Below, piece by piece: positions 55,170 to 64,000 of a DNA stretch of 64,000 nucleotides; positions within the stretch are counted from its first letter, which is position 1; each line of letters starts with the position of its first letter. Origin of the DNA: Octopus vulgaris (lineage: Eukaryota); contig OX597824.1 of assembly GCA_951406725.2 (NCBI GenBank), positions 39,246,001-39,310,000 of the forward strand, in the 5' to 3' direction. A model generated the notes under the pieces. It made no database searches. It worked only from the letters and a program-made list of their open reading frames with translations, and was not told where the DNA came from. Made by a program: the position numbers and the translations under genes.

Positions 55170-57244
55170 CATACATGTAATATACATTTTGTTTAGAGTT
55201 TGAAAGGAACGATGGTTTAAGTAATTAATTTCCTTATCAAACACTGAATCCAGTTTTATTTCACCATTTTAGAGGACAGCTTTTTACAGTTTATATTAAT
55301 AATCATTTCAGACGATCCTGCGTGTAGCATCGTTTCTTTAATTAATCAAAAAGCCTTTCTCTTTTATCTAAAAGTAGTTTTGTCTTGTCCAGCAACATCA
55401 TTGAATAAAGCGATGAATGTAGTCAACTGGTAACATTTTCTGTGATCTTTTAATGTCCAGGAAGTTTTGTGACATCTGCAATGAACAGAAGCAAGTTTAA
55501 TGATAGAAGGCATATCACTTTCTTCTATATATCAACAATCGATCAAGCATGCAAGCGAATGACATATGAATATGGCAAACAACTTCAGTATTTTATGATT
55601 CATCATCTCTCACCAAAGGAGGTTTTCATTATAGAATATTGTCTGACCACAATATTACACCACTGAATTTCGGAAAGAAATGTAATAACTCTCACAGTGA
55701 TAGGAGAATCCCTCTGGTTAGTATGTCTAGTTTACAAGATTTTGAAGATTAATCTATTAAGATTTCAACAGAAGAAATCAGCTTAGTAGTGTAATCCCGC
55801 TATTTCTGAATACAAGATAACTTTAGCTAATTATCGACGCTTTTATTGGGTCGTTGATATTGATAAATCAAATAAGATGCGTTTAGAAACTGCAGAATAT
55901 AATAGAATTACTTCGTCGTCATTTATAGCAATGTGATACATGTATTGATATTTTGCTTGAAAGAGCACGAACTGTTACGGCAGCTGCACAGAAATAACAT
56001 AGAAACTTACTAAAACATGTGACAAAAAGCAGTGTAAATTATATACGACTGTTTTCAGCTTCTATCGCTTCGTCGTAGCAACACACTTAGTGATTTTGTC
56101 TTCAGAACTTTACAAACTTGCACGTACATGTCTTCGTCTTAGTAATTTATCATTTCAATGTCTTCAGAATGGTAACTGAAATTTTGCTTTATTTTAATAT
56201 TCATTGAGATAAAGGAGTACTTGATTACTGAACTTTAGGTAGATGAAACTGTTTCATTATCGATTTCTGTTATAATATGTTTTATGAACAGATACTGACC
56301 TGCGAGAACAAGTAGAGCACGGAACAGTATGCCATACGGATTTTAGCTGGTTTCTTTACGTTATGTTTTCAAACCTTACTGGATTTTATAAAATAAGAAT
56401 CCGTGAATTATTGAAGTCAGTGTCATCGACTATACTCTTCTCTCAAAAATTCTGGCATTATGATTATACTAGAATGTAAGACGGCGATCTTGTAGATTTG
56501 CTAGCGCGTCAAGCAAAATGCTTAGCCTCATTTCCTCCGAATCTTAAAGTTCTCAGTTCAAAATTTCGACGATTTTCATCCTTCCAGGAACGATAAAATA
56601 AATACCAGTTGAGCACTTAGGCCCAAGCAATCGACTAATCCCCTCCTCACCAAATTTCTAGCCTTGTGCTTATAGTAAAAAAGAATTATGATCACATTGA
56701 AATTCGTAACTAAATTTGTGAAGAAAATAGTGCTGAGACACGGCGTCAGCTTAAATTTGTAAGTCTTACTGCACAGTACATAATACAAATCCCACTGTGT
56801 ATGTATGTATGTATGTATGTATGTATGTATGTATGTATGTATGTATGTATGTATGTATGTATGCATGCATGTACACATAAGTAAGTAGGCAAAGCAGTGA
56901 CAGAAAATAAACTTTAGGTTCGTTCAAATATGTTTGGGACATATATCAACTTGTAAAGTCTATTTTACGTCAGGTTGCCATGCAGAAATATCCTCGTTGT
57001 GGCTAAAATGGTATAAGAACTCCATTGTCAGCTTAAAGATGGCCTTTGCGGGCTGATAGGTTTATGTTCAGCTTGTTTTAGCACTGATGGATGTGTTTCT
57101 AGCTTGTTACCTGCCTTCAGAACCAAACAACAGCACGGTATTTTTGCATGTATGTATGTATGTATGTATGTATGTATGTATGTATGTATGTATGTATGTA
57201 TGTATGTATGTATGTATGTATGTATGTATGTATGTATGTATATG

Positions 57245-58565
57245 TGCAGATTTGTATGTTTAGTTTTATGTATGTATTCTCATGCATATAGTTGCATATC
57301 TAGACATGCTCCTATATATTTAAATGATATACTTCTGGAATGTTTTACAGATTTTTACGATGCCAGTGATGGATTGGATCTGCAGTCGTCGAATTTGCTT
57401 TCTTCTTTCTGGTTTTGAGAATCCTAATTTCTTAATATTGCTATTTAGATAGCGTGTTACATATCCCAGTGCCCCAATAATAACAGGTATAAGCCTAATC
57501 TAGCTAGAGTGACTGCAGATTTCTCAGTAGTTCAGTGTGGGTATTCTCTTTGTCATTGATCTTCAGCCTTATGTTAACATCTCTGTAAACAGTTTATCTT
57601 CTCTATCCCAAATCATTATATCATATTAAGACTTTTTCACTAGGTCATTCTCCCAGTACTTCTTTTTATTGTGAGTGGCTATAGCGTCCACCATAATGTG
57701 GGTACTTATTTCTTTGTCCTCAGGGTTACCCTTTCGACGGATTTCATTATATAGAGTCTTAGCTACATTATGTCTCATCGGTAGATAACAGTTTGATGAT
57801 ATTTTCGGACAATTAGTAATGATGTGGTTGATATCTTGGGTGTTAACTCCACAAAGTCTGCATCGGTTGTCATACTTTACTGCTTTTCCTGCATCTCTAT
57901 TTATTTTGAGCATCAGGTAATCCTGCTCCTGGATTGCAAACACATAGACTTCAACGTGGAACGTAGTAATCCGGTTATTGGTTCATGATAGACTGCTTTA
58001 ATGATCAATGTTACTATCATCTCCGAGCTTTCTACTGACATAGCCATGCTTGGTCTTCAGCGCACATATGCTCATCCATCCAGGTTTTTAACCTAGATCC
58101 AAGGCTCCTTCATTGGAATTTCAACATCAACAATATTGTATTTTTGTATGTATGTATGTATGTATGTATGTATGTATGTATGTATGTATGTATGTATGTA
58201 TGTATGGATGGATGCAGGTATGTATGTATGTATGTATGTATGTATGTATGTATGTATGTATGTATGTATGTATGTATGTGCAGATGTGTAAGTTTTATGT
58301 ATGCCTTCTCATCCATATAGTTGCATATCTACACATGCTTATATATATTTAAATGATAAACTTATGGAAAGTTCAATAGATTTTTACAGTTCCAGTGATG
58401 AATTGGATCTGTAGTTTTGAGAAGCCTAATTTCTCAAAATTGATATTTAGGCAGTGTGTTACATATTCCAGTGCTCCAATAATTACAGGTATACACCTGT
58501 ACTTGTAATCTGGATAGGAGTAACTGCATATTTCTCAATAGTTCAGCATAGGTGTTCTCTTTTTC
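57245..58565 (-). mobile_element. Two tandem 5'-truncated R4-like RLE retrotransposon copies in (CATA)n tracts
   Basis: FAIQEQ..CRLCG...DINHIITNCP..YLPMRHN and C-terminus LQIQSITGIVKICKTF; 58280-58565 duplicates 57245-57550. Confidence 0.8.
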
Positions 58566-58640
58566 TTATGTATGTATGTATGTATGTATGTATGTATGTA
58601 TGTATGTATGTATGTATGTATGTATGTATGTATGTATGTA

Positions 58641-58671
<31 letters not shown>

Positions 58672-58996
58672 ATTTATGAAGACGTGTAGCTTAGAGGTTG
58701 GTGTCGTCAGCTCACGATCGTAAGTACATGAGTTTGATTACTGTCGGCTCGCTTTGCCGTTGAGCAAGACACGTATTTCACATTGCTCCTCCTGTTCAAT
58801 TGTCTGGCAAAAATGAATAGTACCTCTATTTCTAGCTTTGTCACATTCTGTGTCGTGCTGAATCTCTCTGAGAACTATGTTAAGCGGTTTGTGTACCTCT
58901 GTAGTGCCAGCTGTATGTTAATTTCACGAGGCCGTTGATTGGATCAACTTGAAATCGCGTTGTTGTAACCAACGGAATATCAGTTAGTGTGTATTT

Positions 58997-59050
<54 letters not shown>

Positions 59051-59284
59051 AAAGGCTATTTGTCAACATAATGTGTCTGTCTCGAAAGGGATGATGTTAC
59101 TGTTCTTCTAGCCCCAATAAGCATCGTCTGTAGCTAGCTATACGAAACACTGTGTGTGTCCTTGTATTTTCGAACACACAGATAGTATGTCGTATAGCCA
59201 GTTAGAAACGATGTTTTTAGTGGGTAAAGCAACAGTAACATCGTCCCTTTCGGGACAGTCACATTATGTTGGCAAATAGCCTTT
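59051..59284. mobile_element. Fold-back MITE (~234 bp)
   Basis: AAAGGCTATTTGTCAACATAATGTG...GTTACTGTT matches the reverse complement of AACAGTAAC...CACATTATGTTGGCAAATAGCCTTT. Confidence 0.85.
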
Positions 59285-59378
59285 ATATTAAAGAACTGTT
59301 ATTGAATGTCTCTCTTTCAGAGATTTGGAAATATATGTATATATATATATATACATATATTTCTAAATAATGATGATG

Positions 59379-59453
<75 letters not shown>

Positions 59454-59748
59454 GTAATAATAATAATGATAATAATAATAATAATAATGATAATAATAAT
59501 AATAACGCTCTAACACTGAGCATAGCTCAGTGGTTAGAGCGTAGAGCCTACGATCGTGAAGTTGTGAGTTCGATTCCCGGACCGGGCTGTGTGTTGTGTT
59601 CTTGAGCAAGACACTTTATTTCACTTGGAAATGGATGCGTGGCGTACAATCAAATAATATATGCATATATATACACATGTATACATAAATATATATATAT
59701 AGATCGGTAGCCACTACACATTTTTTCTCTCCTTGTTTCTTTCTGTGT

Positions 59749-59787
59749 TCTTTTCTGTGGAAGAGCGTAGGCTCGAAACGTAAAAGA
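59749..59787 (+). ncRNA. Degenerate hammerhead-like motif in a probable solo Penelope pLTR (59700-59878)
   Basis: UCUUU-U-CUGUGGA-A-GAGC(GUAG)GCUC-GAAA-CG-UA-AAAGA. Confidence 0.45.
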
Positions 59788-59873
59788 CTTTTTCAATTCC
59801 TGAGCGTTATACTAATACATCTGTTTGTTTTCTACACCACCTGTCTTCATCTTTTGTTTTTTTCGTGAATTCT

Positions 59874-59916
<43 letters not shown>

Positions 59917-60447
59917 TATATGGGTACAGGACGTCACAAACAGTAAACAACATGAAATACAAATGAGTCGAATACGCAAACAACGAGAGAGACAGATGGA
60001 AAACAGGACAAGTAACATAAAGAACGACCCTTCATCGGTTGTCGGCTGCCTATCTACTCCCGATTTCGACAATATGAGTCTTCGAATACAGTTGCTCCCA
60101 TAAAAGCCAAAATAAAATTTGGGATTTATTGAAGGTCAAAGTTGCGAACAAAACCAGGACAGTGGAGACATGCAAGAAAACCGAACGAATACAAAGATGG
60201 AGGGTCGTTAGAACAGGCGAAGATAAAATAACGAACGATGGAGAAATATTTTCTTTGACAGGAGAAAAGACAGAAGAGATAGATATTTATAGACATACAA
60301 TACATTAAAATTGGTTTTGCTTCATTGGTCTTTTTAACTAACGATCATTAATAATAATGCTTGTTACTCTACCTTCAGTATTCGAGTAGTATTTTTCCCA
60401 CCTGGTTTCACATATATGTGCTTACTCTTGTATATATATATATATAT

Positions 60448-60490
<43 letters not shown>

Positions 60491-61884
60491 TATATATATA
60501 TATATATACTGTACGTTTATCGTGTACCGCGATATCCTTTGTGTTCTGTTTATAATTTGTTTGATATATGTATATATATATATATATTTATACATTCATG
60601 CATAAACACACACACACTCGCACACGCACACACACACACTCACACACACACACACACATATATATATATGTATATATCGTTTTTAATAAGTTATCACCTT
60701 ACCATTCTGAAGCTTATTTTCACCCATCAGAATATATGTACGGCTTATATATCTGGTTTAGCACCATCAGCAACAATTATTCAGTTTATTGAAATGAATT
60801 CGAAACCTTCGTAATGTATATTGCTGTCATGCTGTCATATAATGTCTTCGAGCCATCTGCTAAAATTCTCGAAAAATTTCAACGTCATTTTACGTACATA
60901 TGAGAAATGAGACAAAAACAGGATATTCTTGAAAAGACAAATGATACATTCTGCAAAAGATGTCATCTAACAATATAATGAAATTATATGAATAAATTTA
61001 AATTGATAGAGCATATCTGAATTGTATTTCTAAATATCACTTAATTTCATTATGCATTAATGTCACACACACACACACACACACACGCACACATGAACAT
61101 ATATACGCGCATATATTTATATAGGAAGAGAGTGAATGAGAAATAGAGAAAGAGTAGAATATGTATACATATACATGTATATGTTTGTATATATGTATGC
61201 ATGTATATATATATATGAGTATATATATGTATATATATTTATGTATATTTATGTATATATATGTACATTATATATGTATATTATATACATATATGTGTAT
61301 GTATATATGCATATATATATGAGTGTGTGTGTGTGTGTGTGTGTGCATGTGCGTGTCGTGTGTGTGTGTGTGTGTGTGTCTGTACGTGTGTGTGTTCATG
61401 TGAAATAATGTCTCCCATTGATGTAAGATGCAAGCTTTTGCTTTTTTCGTTAAGTCTATGCTGGAGTGCCTCTTATGGCGGATTGGATAACAATTCGATA
61501 TTTTGGTTCTAGCATGGAAAGTTCACTCACCGTTGCTGGAATTTTATTTCAATGTCTTACAGAATGTGCTGAGCACATACGTTATTCCATTAATTCTTAT
61601 CGTCATTAAAAAAAAATGAAGAAAGTCGAGGGTGAGACTTAATTTGGATATAACAAATAAAGCGTGGACAACTTATCTATTTACAGCCCACTAACTGATT
61701 CTCCATAATAATAATGCAGATGAAATCATAAATATGAAAATATTCGTTTTTCAATATAATTTTATGATTACTGTTGATGAAGGTCGTCACACTGTTTCAG
61801 GAATCAGCATATTATTATCGAAAATATTATCAATTTATTGCAGTATCTAAGACATGGAATTAGATACAAAGGATGCTAATAGGA

Positions 61885-62290
61885 TTGGCGAGCTGGCAGT
61901 AACGTTAGCACGTATTTCGTCTGCCGTTACGTTCTTAGTTCAAATTCCGCCGAGGTCGACTTTGCCTTTCATCCTTTCGGGGTCGATAAATTCAGTACCA
62001 GTTACGCACTGGGGTCGATATAATCGACTTAATTCGTTTTTCTGTCCTTGTTTGTCCTCTCTGTGTTTACCCCCTTGTGGGTAGTAGAGAAATAGGATTG
62101 GCGAGCTGGCAGAATCGTTAGCACGCCGGACAAAATGCTTAGCGGCATTTCGTCCGTCTTAGTTCAAATTACGCCGAGGTCGAACTTTGCTGCTCAGAGT
62201 CGATAAAACACGTAGCAGTTGAAGACTGGGGTCGACGTAATCGACTTACCCTCATCTCCGAGCTCGTTGGCCTTGTGCGAAAATTTCTAA
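61885..62290 (+). mobile_element. Two tandem SINE family C copies
   Basis: GGCGAGCTGGCAG heads at ~61887 and ~62100, each with the Meta-like core. Confidence 0.85.
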
Positions 62291-64000
62291 CCTATATTAT
62301 TTTACGATGTTCTAAAACTTATCTGCATCACAGAAAAATAAAATAATATTCTATTAAAATCCAAAATAAGTAAAAAATATTTTTTTTATATTTAAAAAAA
62401 TATTTCTGATTACTACACATTTATACTGTTAAAATGATATTTTATTAAAGTTTCATATATCTTTTTAACAATACACTGAATAATAAATAAGAAATGATTG
62501 TGCCTTTTTTTTTTATTTCACATTAAATACTTTGGAACTTTCTGATTGGATAATTTTCCATTATAATGCATTAGTTCAGTTGTGGTTAGTACTTTTCGAT
62601 TATTTGTTTTTGCATTATCCTACATTATAACGTTTTTTTTGTGTGTGTTTTTTTCAATTTTCTGCACTATTTCTTCTATTCATAGGTTTCATTATGTGTT
62701 CATTTTTGTTATCTACTCGGATAATAGAATTCCACGTTGAATTGTGATGAAAATAACAAGCGCAATTTTTCTATGGAAACTTCATTAATAGTGGTCATTG
62801 TAGTTGTCAGCAGCTAAATCAAACGTTATCTTCTACATCATTACATTTTTTCCCATGTCAGCACTGTATGGCGGCGTATATTCTGGAATATTCCAGTCTA
62901 GCAGTAGCTAACCTATGATTTATATCTTTCATGCCGTTTTATATTGTACATCAAATATCGATGCTGTTCAGTTGATGTTCGCTGAAACGGTTAACAAAAT
63001 CTTTTGTTGTATCTAATTTCAGAACGTCTCCTCCTTTAGGGCAGACAAATAACCCTCACCTCATGTTCTGTCCATCTGTTTTTATAAGAAAAAATAAAAT
63101 AAAAGCTAAAAATCAATGTATTCAAACAAATCTAAATAAGATTTTCCCTTTACCATTGTATACTGTAATTTGCTGCACCGAGTACCCACAAAGCAAATAT
63201 CATAAAAGTTATGTACACTTACTGTCCAAATTTCTATAACAAACCATAATTTCTTTTTACCTGCTTGTACGCTTAAATATTGAACATTACCGTGAATGAT
63301 TATTCTAGCAGCAACCATAATGAAAAGCAGCCAATATGAGAGTGGTGGAACTTAGTGCGCATTTGTAAAGTTTTAAAGAAGTTGCATATCACATCATTCT
63401 CAACTACTTTCGTGCCGCAGGTCAAATATACTCGTAGCTCCCAGAGCGTTACTGCCGTTTCTCTGCAATCAGTGTTCATCAAACAGACTTACGGTGAATT
63501 AAAGAATTGTTTTTGTATAACTGGGGATCTATTTTGAAATATATTTATCCCTTTGTTTTTATAACAGCATGTTGTAATATTAGGGGAATTTGGCTGTTGT
63601 TTCTAGAATGTTGAGTTAACATATAGGAGTCCATTATTAGTTTGAGGATTGAGGTAGTGAACTTGTAGAATTGTCAGTACATCAAACAAAAATGTTCAAC
63701 TGCATTTTTTTCTGGCTCTTTACGTTCAAATTACGCCAAGGCTAGCTTTGCATTTAATCCTTTAAGTAGTTAAAATAAGTTGGTCTATGGAATGGGCATG
63801 CTCCTCCCCTTAAATAGTTCACCTTTTACCATAACGAACTATTTGTTCGAGCCCTATAACTGAAGTAGGTGTTATCAAATTACTGGAATCCAATTCCTTT
63901 ATAAAGGTCCCACTATGACTTAAATTTTCTTAGTGAAGCAAAATATACATCAGTTAAAATATTTCATCTTTTAAAAAGTTGCTTTCACATGAAACTGCCT

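Noticed and set aside
55260-56270. Possible old transposase or exon
   Set aside because: No recognisable motif or sustained reading frame.
59517-59590. tRNA gene (also heads at 4916, 42088 and 47102)
   Set aside because: A/B boxes are present, but there is no proper acceptor stem or T-run terminator and each continues into a SINE body.

Overview
AT-rich eukaryotic, repeat-saturated intergenic or intronic DNA. The microsatellite load and tRNA-derived SINE families resemble an octopus (cephalopod) genome; this is inference. No confident host protein-coding gene is present, and nearly all listed ORFs are microsatellite artefacts. Supported content: (1) a young 5'-truncated CR1/L2-group LINE whose 3' hairpin tail is shared with a local SINE family; (2) a near full-length Neptune-type Penelope element (RT + GIY-YIG) bracketed by ~330-bp inverted pseudo-LTRs, each carrying a minimal hammerhead ribozyme with a U3-A8 core variant; (3) older Penelope remnants and further hammerhead-like motifs; (4) R4/Dong-like RLE retrotransposon pieces sitting in (TAA)n or (CATA)n microsatellites; (5) a tandem cluster of L1/Tx1 ORF1-only remnants; (6) mariner and Helitron relics and four MITEs; (7) a ~45 x 42-bp minisatellite that reads as a 680-codon ORF. 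A few minus-strand splice signals hint at a long-intron host transcript. All calls were made by eye, with no database searches.
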